Below are positions 19,216 through 29,337 of a stretch of 64,000 nucleotides of DNA, piece by piece. The stretch's first letter is position 1, and every line of letters starts with the position of its first letter. The position numbers and the translations under genes are program-made. The DNA comes from Candidatus Limnocylindrales bacterium (lineage in GTDB: Bacteria > Chloroflexota > Limnocylindria > Limnocylindrales > CSP1-4). The notes under the pieces were generated by a model. The model saw only the letters and a list, made by a program, of their open reading frames with translations. It was not told the DNA's origin and ran no database searches. The stretch is from NCBI GenBank assembly GCA_050010635.1, contig JBEKKR010000004.1, positions 1,074 to 65,073 of the forward strand. Direction: 5' to 3'.

Positions 19216-20991
19216 ATGGCCGCGGCCCGGAAGATAGAAGTCGAGATGAAGTACGAGGTGGCGGGGCCGGGCGGCGCCGACCGCTACCTCGTGGCGCCGG
19301 AGCTCGGCCCATTTTCCCCGGACGGCCTGGTCAGGTCCGTCAGAGTCGAGGATCGCTACGTCGATTCGGCCGACTGGGCGCTGGCTCGGGCCGGCTTCGC
19401 GACGCGGCTCCGCAAGACCTCGCGCGGGACGGAGATCGGCCTCAAGGCCCAGAACGCCTCGGGTGGCCGGCTGCAGCGTCGCGAGGAGATCGAGGGCCCG
19501 GCCGACGAGGAGCTGGTCCCCGCCGGATGGCCCGCCTCCCAGGCCCGCACCGTGATCCTGGAGCTCTGCGGCGACGAGCCGCTGGTGGAGCTGCTGACGG
19601 TCCGCCAGCTGCGGCGCGTCCGGCCGCTCCAGGCCGGGGCCACCCGCGCCGAGCTGAGCCTCGACGAAGTGGAGGTCTTCTCCGGCGGTCGCGTCCTCGA
19701 TACATTCGAGGAGCTCGAGGTCGAGCTGAAACGCGGGGATGAGAAGCCGCTGGCCGCGCTGGTCGCGCTCTTCGACGCCGACCCGGGTCTGCGCCCCGTC
19801 TCGCGCTCCAAGCTGGACAGGGCTATCAAGTCGATCCGGGCGGCAATGCCGTCCATGCCGCCGGAGGTGCAGCACCGGTGGCTGGAGGCGCCGCCCGAGT
19901 TGCTCGGCGGCAAACCCGAACCGGATCGGCCGCGCCTCGAGGCGAACGGCACGGCGGTTGCGGTGGAGGTCGAACCGTCTGAGCCGCCGCCGACGCCGGA
20001 AGAGGCGCAGGCCGCGGCCGGCGGGGCGAAGAAGCTCGCGATCCGCGCCAAGACCGGACCGCGAACGATCGGCATCGTGGCTGAAGACAGCATGCCCGAG
20101 GCCGCCATCAAGGTCCTGCGCTTCCACTTCTCCAAGATGCAGCGCCGCGAGGCGGGAACACGCAACGGCGTAGACGTGGAAGAGCTCCACGACATGCGCG
20201 TCTCGACCCGGCGGATGCGAGCCGCCTGGCGGATCTTCGACGGCGCCTTCAAGGCCGGCAAGACGAAGAAGATCCGCCGTCATCTCGAGACGCTCGCCGA
20301 CCGGCTCGGCGCGGTCCGGGACCTGGACGTCCTGATCGAAGGCCTCGAGGCCTATAGCGTTGGGCTGGACGAGGAGCAGCGCCCGGGCCTGGAGCCGCTC
20401 CTCTCGCTGTGGCGACGGCAGCGGGCGAATGCCCGCACGCAGCTGATCGCAGAGCTGGATTCGCCGGGCTACTCGAGCTTCATCCGGGAGATGGAGGAGT
20501 TCATGGAGGCCGGCGCCAACGAGGCGGCGGCGGTCGCCACGCCAACGGCTCCGCACCGCGTCCGCGATCGCGCCGCCTCCGAGATCTGGGCCACCTACGA
20601 GGCCGTTCGATCGTACGAGCTGGTCCTGCCGTGGGCCGACGTGGAGACGCTCCACGACCTCCGGATCTCGGCGAAGTGGCTCCGCTACGCCCTGGAGTTC
20701 TTCGGCGAGACGCTCGGCCCGGACGGGGTGCGGCTGCTCGCGCGCGTGGTGGCGCTTCAGGATCATCTGGGCCTGCTCCACGACGCGGACGTGGCCACTA
20801 AGCTCGCCCGAGACCTTCTCGTGGCCCGCTCCGGTGAGCTATCCAAGCCGGAGACCGAGGCGATCGGCGCCTACCTGCACTCTCGCGAGCGCGAGGTCGC
20901 CCGTCGCCGGCGCGCCCTGGGGCCGATCTGGCGAGCCGTCGACGGAGCGCCTTTCCGGCGCGCGCTGGGTCGCGCGACGGCAGCCCTGTAG
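19216..20991 (+). CDS. CYTH-CHAD fusion protein (triphosphate tunnel metalloenzyme plus polyP-binding CHAD)
   Basis: N-terminal EVEMK (ExExK) and ELEVELK; C-terminal LHDMRV..RR.R, LHDLRI..K.LRY and LGLLHD CHAD motifs. Confidence 0.92.
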   Translation: MAAARKIEVEMKYEVAGPGGADRYLVAPELGPFSPDGLVRSVRVEDRYVDSADWALARAGFATRLRKTSRGTEIGLKAQNASGGRLQRREEIEGPADEELVPAGWPASQARTVILELCGDEPLVELLTVRQLRRVRPLQAGATRAELSLDEVEVFSGGRVLDTFEELEVELKRGDEKPLAALVALFDADPGLRPVSRSKLDRAIKSIRAAMPSMPPEVQHRWLEAPPELLGGKPEPDRPRLEANGTAVAVEVEPSEPPPTPEEAQAAAGGAKKLAIRAKTGPRTIGIVAEDSMPEAAIKVLRFHFSKMQRREAGTRNGVDVEELHDMRVSTRRMRAAWRIFDGAFKAGKTKKIRRHLETLADRLGAVRDLDVLIEGLEAYSVGLDEEQRPGLEPLLSLWRRQRANARTQLIAELDSPGYSSFIREMEEFMEAGANEAAAVATPTAPHRVRDRAASEIWATYEAVRSYELVLPWADVETLHDLRISAKWLRYALEFFGETLGPDGVRLLARVVALQDHLGLLHDADVATKLARDLLVARSGELSKPETEAIGAYLHSREREVARRRRALGPIWRAVDGAPFRRALGRATAAL

Positions 20992-21043
20992 ATCCGCCTC
21001 TCCGCCACTCGCCCGATGCCGTTCCGCGTGAGATCATCGAACC

Positions 21044-21547
21044 ATGAACTCGCGGGTTGAAACGCAGCTGTGTCTTCTGCGCCACGCCCACGCCGGCGAT
21101 CCAATGAAGTGGCGCGGTCCGGACGAGATTCGGCCGTTGACCGAGAAGGGCCGCCAGCAGTCCGAGAGGCTCGGAGCCTTCCTGGCCGCGGCGGGATTCC
21201 GGCCCGATGCCATTCTCACGTCGCCCACGACGCGAGCCGCCGAGACCGCGCGTCTGGTTGCGGCCGCGCTCCATCTCGACGTCAGGGTGGTCGCCGAGCT
21301 CGGCGAGCCGCTCGATCTCGAGTCGCTAGACGCCCTCCTCCACTCGGCGGGGGACCCAAGCCGGCCCCTGCTGGTCGGGCACGACCCGGACTTCAGCATG
21401 CTGGCCGCGGAACTGGTCGGCATCGCCGAGCTGCCGATTCGGAAAGCCGCGCTTGTCCGCATCGACGCGATCCGACCGCTGGAGCCCGGCGGGGGCCTGC
21501 TCCGCTGGCTCCTGCCACCCGATCTGCTGGGCGCGGCGATGGGTTGA
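21044..21547 (+). CDS. sixA: SixA-like phosphohistidine phosphatase
   Basis: LLRHAHA, RPLT.KG, SP..RA.ETA and LVGH.P motifs; ppk context. Confidence 0.88.
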   Translation: MNSRVETQLCLLRHAHAGDPMKWRGPDEIRPLTEKGRQQSERLGAFLAAAGFRPDAILTSPTTRAAETARLVAAALHLDVRVVAELGEPLDLESLDALLHSAGDPSRPLLVGHDPDFSMLAAELVGIAELPIRKAALVRIDAIRPLEPGGGLLRWLLPPDLLGAAMG

Positions 21548-21641
21548 CGGTCCAATCCGTGGCGATATGCTTCGTCCGCCACCTACGCGAGCGACGTCAC
21601 TGAATGCGCGCCGCATAGAGACACGACCAGAGAAGGGTCCG

Positions 21642-22115
21642 ATGATGGCCAAAGGGCGTTCGAAGGGCTCAGCCAGGGGCGAGTCCGATTCCAGGAAGTC
21701 ATCCGGTGTCCGCAAGCAGATGCGCCGCCTGGAGCGACAGCTTACCGAGGCGGCCCGGCTGGAGCGCAAGCGCCTGCGCAAGCTCGAGCGGGCCCGCTAC
21801 CGCCGCCAGCTGATCGAGGCGACCCTGGACGGGCTGCGAGAGGTGGCCCCGGCGAAGAAGGCCGCGCCCCAACCTGCCTCCGCCAATCCCGCGCCGGCGG
21901 CCAGGTCGGGGCGAGCTGCCAGACCGGCAACGACGAAGTCGCCGGCTGCCGCCAAATCCGCCGCGGGTGCGTCGTCCCCGGCGAAGCCACGGGCCGCGCG
22001 TCCAGCGGCGTCACGCCCGGCCACCGGCCGTGGCGCCGCTTCACCTCGCCGGACCGCGCCGAAACCTCCCCCGGACAAGCCGGCCGCTCCACCGTCCAAG
22101 TCGGAAAGCCGCTAG
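21642..22115 (+). CDS. Highly basic protein: Arg-rich coiled coil plus histone-H1-like Ala/Lys/Pro/Arg tail
   Basis: RKQMRRLERQL..RLERKRLRKLERARYRRQL followed by PAKKAAP, AAAKSAA and PAKPRAA; AGAAGGG SD-like element. Confidence 0.72.
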   Translation: MMAKGRSKGSARGESDSRKSSGVRKQMRRLERQLTEAARLERKRLRKLERARYRRQLIEATLDGLREVAPAKKAAPQPASANPAPAARSGRAARPATTKSPAAAKSAAGASSPAKPRAARPAASRPATGRGAASPRRTAPKPPPDKPAAPPSKSESR

Positions 22116-22131
22116 CCGGCCCCGAAACCGG

Positions 22132-23460
22132 TCAGGCGTCCCCGCCCGCTTCCGCCGCGCCGGAACCGGAACCCCCGGCAGCGGCCGCGCCACTTGCCGC
22201 CCCGCCGCCCTTCGCCGCGCCGTTCCCGGGGCCCTTTGCCTGCCGCCCGCTCCTTGGAGCGAGCGGCACCGTGAATACGAAGGTCGAGCCCGAGCCCTCG
22301 TGGGATTCGGCCCAGATTCGCCCACCGTGCGATTCCACGACGTGGCGCGAAATCGAGAGACCCAGGCCCGTGCCGCCTCGTCCCCTGGCCCGGGCCCGAT
22401 CCACCTTGTAGAAACGTTCGAAGATGCGGGCAAGGTCGGCCCGCGGCACGCCTATGCCCGGGTCGCGGACCCAGACGCGGATCTGCTCCTCTTCCTCTCT
22501 CACACCCACCACGACCTCGCCGCCGTCCGGGCTGAACTTGACGGCGTTGTGGAGAAGATTGACCAGGACCTGGCCCAGGCGGTCCTCGTCGCCGCGGACC
22601 GGTGAGACGCGATCGGGAAGGTCGAGCTCGATCCGAAGGCCTTGACGCTCGGCGAAGAGACGAAGCCTTTCGGCCGTGGCGCGGGCGAGGCGCACCAGGT
22701 CCACGTCGTCGAGCAGCAGCTGCGCCGTCCCACTCTCGATCCGAGACAGGTCGAGCAGCTCGTTGACCATCTGAATGAGGTGGCCGGTCTCGACCTCGAT
22801 CTTGGAGATCCGGTCCCGCAGGCGAGGCGAGGCCTTCTCGGCATCCCTGGCGGCCGTCTCGGCCAGCAGGCTGATCGTGGTCAGCGGTGTGCGCAGCTCG
22901 TGGGACAGGTTGTCGATGAACTCGGCCCGGATTCGCTGCAGCCGACGCAGCTCCGAGACGTCCTCGAGCACGAGCCAAACTCCCGAGACCGGCGAGCGAC
23001 GGGCCCGAACGGTGACGGTGGCGCCGGATGCGGAGCGGACCGTGACCTCGCCGTTGGCGGAGCCAGACTCCATCGCGGTCCGGGCGATCCCCTCGATGCG
23101 GGTGTCGACGAAGGCCTCCAACGCCGAGCGCCCGACCATGGACCCCGGCCGCCTCTCCAGCATCACGTGGGCGGCGTCATTGGCGAACTCGACCGTGAGG
23201 TCGTCCCGGAGCCGTACCACGCCGGCCGTCAGGAGCTCGGTCAGGTAGCCGGTGTCGTGGCTCGTCTGCTCGGCATTCCAGCGAGCATCCTCCGCCTCCT
23301 CCAGCGCCATGCGAACGCGCCGCTCGACGTCGTCCGCACCGGTCGCGCCGGTCGTCTCCTCGAGGCGCTCGATCGCACGACCGCGGGAAAGGGCCAGGGC
23401 CAGGGCCCAACCGAACATAATGGCCAGCGCGACGATGAAGAGGATCTCGACGGTGTCCAC
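22132..23460 (-). CDS. phoR: Phosphate regulon sensor histidine kinase
   Basis: N-terminal TM, PAS-like region, SHELRTPL, NLLHNAVKF, FERFYKVD and GTGLGL; inside the Pho cluster. Confidence 0.88.
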   Translation of the reverse strand: MDTVEILFIVALAIMFGWALALALSRGRAIERLEETTGATGADDVERRVRMALEEAEDARWNAEQTSHDTGYLTELLTAGVVRLRDDLTVEFANDAAHVMLERRPGSMVGRSALEAFVDTRIEGIARTAMESGSANGEVTVRSASGATVTVRARRSPVSGVWLVLEDVSELRRLQRIRAEFIDNLSHELRTPLTTISLLAETAARDAEKASPRLRDRISKIEVETGHLIQMVNELLDLSRIESGTAQLLLDDVDLVRLARATAERLRLFAERQGLRIELDLPDRVSPVRGDEDRLGQVLVNLLHNAVKFSPDGGEVVVGVREEEEQIRVWVRDPGIGVPRADLARIFERFYKVDRARARGRGGTGLGLSISRHVVESHGGRIWAESHEGSGSTFVFTVPLAPRSGRQAKGPGNGAAKGGGAASGAAAAGGSGSGAAEAGGDA

Positions 23461-23625
23461 GAATCGAGCATGGCACAGCCGGCCGAGTTCGGCTGAACAA
23501 ATGGGTGCGGCTGGCGGTCGAGCGAGCCGACCGCTACCCTAAACGGTGCTCAATGCCAGACGCGTGGGTCGACGGCGCCGAGTGCGCAAGCCGGTCGTCA
23601 GATCGCTCGCGACGCCCTTCGGAGG

Positions 23626-24255
23626 TTGGTACAGGTGCCCTCGTTTCGACTGATCCCGCGCGAAGAGCGCTTCTTCGACCTCTTCGTCGAGGACGCCGCC
23701 AACGTCCTGGATGGCGCACGCCAGCTCGAGGCGATGCTCCGTTCATTCGACAACCCAGACAAGTCGGCCAAAAAGATCCGGGAAACCGAGCACAGAGGCG
23801 ACGAGATCAGCCACGACATCGGCCGGCGGCTGGAGTCCACCTTCGTGACACCGTTCGACCGCGAGGAGATCCACGCCCTCATCAGCGGTCTGGACGACAT
23901 CCTCGACATGATCGAGGAGGTTGCGGACACCTTCGTCCTGTATCGCATCGATGCCCCAACCAAGGCGTCGGTCAAGCAGGCGGCGCTGGTCGTCCAGGCT
24001 TGCGAAACGATCCACCAAGCCCTCAGCAACCTCCGCGGTTTCAAGGACATCGACCGCTTCATCACGGAAGTCCATCGGATCGAGAACGAGGGCGACCGAA
24101 TCAGCCGCTCCGCGATCGCCGGCCTCTTCGACGACGGCACAAAGACCATCGACGTGCTCAAGTGGAAGGACGTCTACGCCCTGCTCGAAGACACGATCGA
24201 CAAATGCGAGGATGTCGCAGATCTCATCGAGCGCATCGTCGTCATGCACGCGTAA
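23626..24255 (+). CDS. DUF47 Pit-accessory (PhoU-like) protein
   Basis: PREERFFDLF, EHRGD, TFVTPFDREEI, ENEGD and DKCED motifs. Confidence 0.92.
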   Translation: MVQVPSFRLIPREERFFDLFVEDAANVLDGARQLEAMLRSFDNPDKSAKKIRETEHRGDEISHDIGRRLESTFVTPFDREEIHALISGLDDILDMIEEVADTFVLYRIDAPTKASVKQAALVVQACETIHQALSNLRGFKDIDRFITEVHRIENEGDRISRSAIAGLFDDGTKTIDVLKWKDVYALLEDTIDKCEDVADLIERIVVMHA

Positions 24256-24299
24256 GCGCTCTCTCCGGTGCTCGCGCCGTAGCTGCGGGCTGCGCGAAC

Positions 24300-24332
24300 G
24301 TTAACAAGGCGCCAACAGACCGTTAAGCGCGC
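24300..24332 (+). promoter_or_regulatory. Candidate PHO box (11-bp-period direct repeats) upstream of pstS
   Basis: GTTAAC (24300), GCCAAC (24311) and GTTAAG (24322) at exact 11-bp spacing. Confidence 0.55.
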
Positions 24333-24402
24333 CCCCCGACCATCTCCTCGGAACTGGGAGCGGGTTGCTCAGCTAGCTGCCCAGCAAAGAGGAGAGATTA
24401 CG

Positions 24403-25611
24403 TTGCTCAACGGAACACGACGCTTCGCCGCCCTCGCAATCGCGGCGGCCATGTTCGCTGCAGCATGCACGTCGGCCGGCACGACGCCGACTGCAGCCCC
24501 GGCCACGGTAGCACCGGCCAGCGCGGCACCGAGCGACACTCCGGCGCAGACAGCGGCCGGGGAGTCGTCCACGCCGGTCGCCTATACCTACCGCTGCACC
24601 AAAGCCGACGGCCAGCTGAACGGAGCAGGCTCGACCTTCATCTTCCCGCTGCTGTCGAAGATGGGCGCGGACTACAACACCAAGTGCGGCGTCAAGCTGA
24701 ACTATCAGTCCATTGGGTCCGGCGGCGGCATCAAGGCGTGGTCCACCAACACGGTCGACTTCGGCGCCTCGGATGCATTCCTGGCCGACTCCGACGTCTC
24801 CGCCGCGGCCAAGAATGGTGAGCCGGTCGAGATCCCGGTCACCTTCGGCGCCGTGGTTGTGGCGTACAACCTCAAGGGCCTCAGCGCCCCGCTGAAGATG
24901 ACCCCGGACATCATCGCCGGCATCTTCGACGGCAAGATCACCTCCTGGAATGACCCGGCGATTGCCGCAGTCAACCCTGGAGTGAGCCTGCCCGGCACTG
25001 ACGTCAGCGTCGTCCACCGCTCGGACGGCTCCGGCACGACAAGCATCTTCACTACCTACCTGACCAAGGCCAGCCCGGACTGGGTGACGGTGGTGGGTAA
25101 GGGCGACGCGACCAAGTCGGCCGGCAAGACGGTGGACTGGCCGACCGGCCTCGGGGCCAGCGGCAACGAGGGCGTCACGCAGGGCATCAACCAGACCGAA
25201 GGCGGAGTGGGCTACATCGAGCTCGCCTACGCGCTGCAGAACCACATCCCGTTCGCGGACGTGAAGAACAAGAGCGGCAACTTCGTCACGCCTTCGCTGC
25301 AGTCCCTGACTGCGGCGGCTGATCTGCCCTCATATCCGGCGGACCTTCGCTTCAACCTCGCCAACACCGATGCGGCCCAGGGCTACCCGATCTCGGGCAC
25401 CACCTGGGTCATCGTCTACAAGGATCTGTCCAAGGTCATCAAGACGCAGGATCGTGCCAATGCCCTGGTCGACTTCCTGTGGTGGGCCATCCACGACGGT
25501 CAGGCCGACGCGGCGCCCCTCGACTACGGATCGATCCCAGCATCCCTGCTGGCCCAGGACGAGGCTGCGGTTCGGTCGCTGAATTGGGCAGGGACGCCCC
25601 TTCTGCCCTGA
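24403..25611 (+). CDS. pstS: Phosphate ABC transporter substrate-binding lipoprotein
   Basis: Lipobox-like FAAAC; GAGSTF, GSGGG, DFGASD and RSDGSGTT motifs. Confidence 0.96.
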   Translation: MLNGTRRFAALAIAAAMFAAACTSAGTTPTAAPATVAPASAAPSDTPAQTAAGESSTPVAYTYRCTKADGQLNGAGSTFIFPLLSKMGADYNTKCGVKLNYQSIGSGGGIKAWSTNTVDFGASDAFLADSDVSAAAKNGEPVEIPVTFGAVVVAYNLKGLSAPLKMTPDIIAGIFDGKITSWNDPAIAAVNPGVSLPGTDVSVVHRSDGSGTTSIFTTYLTKASPDWVTVVGKGDATKSAGKTVDWPTGLGASGNEGVTQGINQTEGGVGYIELAYALQNHIPFADVKNKSGNFVTPSLQSLTAAADLPSYPADLRFNLANTDAAQGYPISGTTWVIVYKDLSKVIKTQDRANALVDFLWWAIHDGQADAAPLDYGSIPASLLAQDEAAVRSLNWAGTPLLP

Positions 25612-25627
25612 ACCCACGCGTAAATCG

Positions 25628-25658
25628 CCGCCGCTCGGGTCCTCCGCCCGAGCGGCGG
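25628..25658 (+). terminator. Stem-loop between pstS and pstC (mRNA stabiliser or partial terminator)
   Basis: ccgccgctcggg...cccgagcggcgg inverted repeat without a U tract. Confidence 0.6.
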
Positions 25659-25684
25659 TCGACCGCGTTCTAGGGGAGGCAGCG

Positions 25685-26671
25685 ATGACCGCCCGAGTTG
25701 AAAGTCCGTCGGCAGACTCCCCGCTCGGACCGAACGATCTGCGGCGCCGCCGGTTCGCCGACGGCGACCTGGTCTTCCGCGTCATGGGGGCAGTCGTGAC
25801 CGGTCTGGTGCTCCTGCTGATCGGCTTGATGGTGGCCCAGAGCTTCCAAACAGCCCTTCCGGTATTCGATCGATTCGGCGTCCTGGGGTTCATCACAGGG
25901 CAACGCTGGTCGCCGACGTTCACGGTGTACGGAGCCTGGCCGTTCATCTTCGGGACGGTGCTGACGAGCCTGATCGCTCTGGTGATCGCGGTCCCGATCG
26001 CGATCCTCGTCGCGCTGCTCGTGACCGAGTTCCTGCCAACTCGCATCGGCCAGCCCGTGGCCATAGTCGTGGACTTGCTGGCGGCCGTGCCGTCGGTCGT
26101 GTGGGGTCTTTGGGGCCTGCTCGTGCTCGTGCCATTCCTCCGGCCGATCGAGCGCAGCATCGCCGCCGGGCCGGGAAAAGTCGTCCCGTTCCTGGGGCCG
26201 CCTACGCCTGGTCCTAGCTACTTCGTGGCCGGCCTGATCGTCGCCCTCATGATCATCCCCATCGTGGCCGCCGTGACCCGGGAGGTCTTCGCGACGACGC
26301 CGCGACTCCAGCGCGAAGCAGTCCTGGCTCTGGGCGGGACACGCTGGGACGTGATTCGGCGGGTGGTGCTGCCACTCGGTCGCACCGGGCTCGTCGCCGC
26401 AGTGCTGCTTGGGCTGGGTCGAGCAATCGGCGAGACGATCGCCGTGACCATGGTCATCGGCAACGCGCCGCGCGTCGGTAGCTCGGTCTTCTCGCCCGGC
26501 TTCACGCTTGCCAGCGTTATCGCGAACGAGTTCAACGAGGCCACAGAGGAACTCCACCCGGAAGCCCTCATCGCCCTGGGTGTCGTCCTGCTGGCCGTGG
26601 CCGTGGCCGTCAATGGCGCCGGGCTGATGGTCCGCAGACACTTCGAGAGGAGCGCCGGCCGTGGCCGTTGA
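25685..26671 (+). CDS. pstC: Phosphate ABC permease PstC
   Basis: PSVVWGLWG, LGLGRAIGETIAV and IANEFNEA motifs. Confidence 0.95.
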   Translation: MTARVESPSADSPLGPNDLRRRRFADGDLVFRVMGAVVTGLVLLLIGLMVAQSFQTALPVFDRFGVLGFITGQRWSPTFTVYGAWPFIFGTVLTSLIALVIAVPIAILVALLVTEFLPTRIGQPVAIVVDLLAAVPSVVWGLWGLLVLVPFLRPIERSIAAGPGKVVPFLGPPTPGPSYFVAGLIVALMIIPIVAAVTREVFATTPRLQREAVLALGGTRWDVIRRVVLPLGRTGLVAAVLLGLGRAIGETIAVTMVIGNAPRVGSSVFSPGFTLASVIANEFNEATEELHPEALIALGVVLLAVAVAVNGAGLMVRRHFERSAGRGR

Positions 26672-27545
26672 GTTCAGCACTCTTCTGAAGCCAACCAGCC
26701 GTGCTCGCCGGCTCAAGTCCGACTTCGTGGTGGTCCTAGCAGTCGCCGCGACCCTGATTGCTGTGATCCCGCTGGCTGCGGTCAGCCTCTACGTGATCTC
26801 CTCCGGAGCGGGCGTCGTCAGTCTCGACTTCTTCACGCAGGACCCACCCGGCGACCTGAGCGCTGCCGGCGGCGGCATCCGCAACGCGATCGCAGGCACG
26901 CTTGAAATGACCGCACTGGCCACCGCCTTCGCCGCACCAACCGGAATCCTCATCGCGATCTTCGACACCGAGGTTGGCGGACGAGTTGCCACAGGAACCA
27001 GGCTCTTCATCGACGTCATGGCGGCCCTGCCTTCCATCGTGGTCGGCATCTTCGTCTACTCGCTGGTGGTCGTTACGCAAGGCCACTTCTCAGGCTTCGC
27101 CGGCTCGGTGGCCCTGGCCGCGATCATGCTCCCCGTGATCGTCATCTCCACCGAGGAGATGCTTCGCCTGATCCCTCGCCCGATCAGCGAGGGGGCCCGA
27201 GCCCTTGGCCTGCGGCGGTGGCGCACGTACCTGTCCGTGTACATCCCGACTGCCATGTCCGGGATCTTCACCGGGCTATTGCTGGCCGTGTCCAGAGCCA
27301 TCGGCGAGACCGCCCCGCTTCTCTTCACCTCGCTGGGCAACAACTTCTTCACGACCGACATCAACGAGCCGATGCAGGGCATGCCGCTGCTGATCTACCG
27401 CAACGCCCTCAACTCGGCCTTTCCGGCGGCGAGAGACAGGGCCATGGGCGCAGCGCTGACCCTGGTCGTGATGGTCCTTGCATTCAACCTGCTCGGCCGC
27501 TGGCTGGTAGCCCGACGAAGGCCCGGGCGAAATCCGGGCCGATGA
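26661..27545 (+). CDS. pstA: Phosphate ABC permease PstA
   Basis: [18 protein letters not shown] and RAIGETAPL motifs. Confidence 0.95.
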   Translation: MAVEFSTLLKPTSRARRLKSDFVVVLAVAATLIAVIPLAAVSLYVISSGAGVVSLDFFTQDPPGDLSAAGGGIRNAIAGTLEMTALATAFAAPTGILIAIFDTEVGGRVATGTRLFIDVMAALPSIVVGIFVYSLVVVTQGHFSGFAGSVALAAIMLPVIVISTEEMLRLIPRPISEGARALGLRRWRTYLSVYIPTAMSGIFTGLLLAVSRAIGETAPLLFTSLGNNFFTTDINEPMQGMPLLIYRNALNSAFPAARDRAMGAALTLVVMVLAFNLLGRWLVARRRPGRNPGR

Positions 27546-27552
27546 GCGGAAG

Positions 27553-28422
27553 ATGGAAGAGGTAACCATGGTCGTCGCGACTGATACCAGGCAGACTCCC
27601 ATGGCCGCCGTCGAGGCCGCGCAATCGGACCAGCCACTGCCGCCCGAGGCCGCCGTGCTTCGACTTCACCACGTGAACGCCTACTACGGCCCGCGGCGAG
27701 TGGTTCGGGACATATCGCTCGACATCGCCCGCAACTCCATCACGGCGATCATCGGGCCTTCGGGAAGTGGCAAGTCCACGCTGCTGCGCTGCATGGACCG
27801 GATGCACGAAGTCGTTCCCCACGCCCGCGCCACGGGCCTCATCGAATATCGCGGTATCGACCTGTACGACAAGCGAGTAGATCCTGCCGCGGTACGACGT
27901 TCCATCGGCATGGTTTTCCAGCAGCCAAACCCGTTCCCGACGATGTCTATCTTCGACAATGTCGCCGCGCCTGCCCGGTTCAACGGCCTGGTCCACGGCC
28001 GAAACGAGGCGGCAGATCTGGTGGAACGGTGCCTCCGGCAGGCGGCGCTCTGGGACGAGGTCAAGGACAAGCTGCGCCAGAGCGGTACGTCGCTGTCGGG
28101 CGGACAGCAGCAGCGTCTCTGCATCGCGCGGGCGCTGGCTCTGGCCCCGGACGTGCTCCTCATGGACGAACCGTGCTCGGCTCTGGACCCAGTTGCTACC
28201 CTCCAGATAGAGCAGTTGATGACCGATCTCCGGGCCGACTACACGATCGTGATCGTAACCCACAACATGCAGCAAGCCTCTCGGGTCAGCGACCGGACGG
28301 CCTTCCTGACGATGGGCGAAGATGGCGCAGGCTACCTCGTGGAAGAAGGACCCACCGGCCGCATCTTCACGCAGCCTCGCGAACAACTGACCGAGGACTA
28401 CATCTCCGGGCGGTTCGGATGA
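27553..28422 (+). CDS. pstB: Phosphate ABC ATP-binding protein
   Basis: [31 protein letters not shown] and YISGRFG motifs. Confidence 0.97.
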   Translation: MEEVTMVVATDTRQTPMAAVEAAQSDQPLPPEAAVLRLHHVNAYYGPRRVVRDISLDIARNSITAIIGPSGSGKSTLLRCMDRMHEVVPHARATGLIEYRGIDLYDKRVDPAAVRRSIGMVFQQPNPFPTMSIFDNVAAPARFNGLVHGRNEAADLVERCLRQAALWDEVKDKLRQSGTSLSGGQQQRLCIARALALAPDVLLMDEPCSALDPVATLQIEQLMTDLRADYTIVIVTHNMQQASRVSDRTAFLTMGEDGAGYLVEEGPTGRIFTQPREQLTEDYISGRFG

Positions 28423-29222
28423 GCGCGCATGAGCACAAGGAGCGGAAGATGGAGTCGCGCGAAACGCCGGCTCATGTGCCGGTGATGGATACCGCCACGT
28501 CAGAATCCGGCGGCGTTCTGGAGGAAGCGGCGGAGCACGGTATGCGACCCGACTCACACACCCCGCATGTGCGAGGCAGCCTCGACGCGGAAATGCGCGC
28601 CGTGAAGGACGGCGTCCTGCGCATGGGCTCCTACGTCGAGGAGCAGATCCTCGCCGCCCTGGACGCGATCATGCACCGAGACGCCGATCTGGCCCAGAAG
28701 GTCATCGCGTCGGACGGGCGCATCAACGAGGTCCAGCGTGGGGTCACGGCTCTTGTGGCGATGACGATCGCGACCCAGGCGCCGGTGGCCCGGGATCTTC
28801 GCTTCCTGCTCGCCCTCGACCGGGTCACCTACGAGCTGGAGCGCATGGGCGACCATGCCGGCTCCGTCGCCAAGCAGGCCCGCAAGCTCGCCGGTGTGAC
28901 GATCATGGTCACCTACGATGAGCTCACGCCGATGGCCAGGCTGGCCGCCCAGCAAGTTCGCGACGTCGTCATGGCCCTCGTCGACATCGACGAGAAGGTG
29001 GCCCGGGAGGTTGCGGCCCGCGACGACGAGATCGACAGGCTCTACCACCAGGTCTTCGACGACGTCCTCGCCGAGATGCGGACCGATCCGGACAAGGTCG
29101 ATCCGGGAACTCGGATTCTCTTTGCCGCCCACTACCTCGAGCGCATCGGCGACCGTGTGACGAACATCGCCGAGGACGTGGTCTTCCTGGCCACGGGCGA
29201 GGTCGAAGACCTGAACCCGTAA
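28419..29222 (+). CDS. phoU: Phosphate signalling protein PhoU
   Basis: [17 protein letters not shown] and YLERIGD..TNIAE motifs; ATGA overlap with pstB. Confidence 0.95.
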   Translation: MSAHEHKERKMESRETPAHVPVMDTATSESGGVLEEAAEHGMRPDSHTPHVRGSLDAEMRAVKDGVLRMGSYVEEQILAALDAIMHRDADLAQKVIASDGRINEVQRGVTALVAMTIATQAPVARDLRFLLALDRVTYELERMGDHAGSVAKQARKLAGVTIMVTYDELTPMARLAAQQVRDVVMALVDIDEKVAREVAARDDEIDRLYHQVFDDVLAEMRTDPDKVDPGTRILFAAHYLERIGDRVTNIAEDVVFLATGEVEDLNP

Positions 29223-29337
29223 CACTCCCAGAGACTCCCAGACGGGCAGACCGCCGGAGCGGGAGAGCCGCCGACCTGATAGCCTCTCGGTGGCGAACCC
29301 CGCCGCGATTCCATGGGCATCACGAGGGCGTGTCGGC

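Noticed and set aside
16945-20781. 1278-aa antisense ORF opposite ppk1 and CYTH-CHAD
   Set aside because: Shadow ORF caused by high-GC codon bias; no motifs, and the opposite strand carries unambiguous genes.
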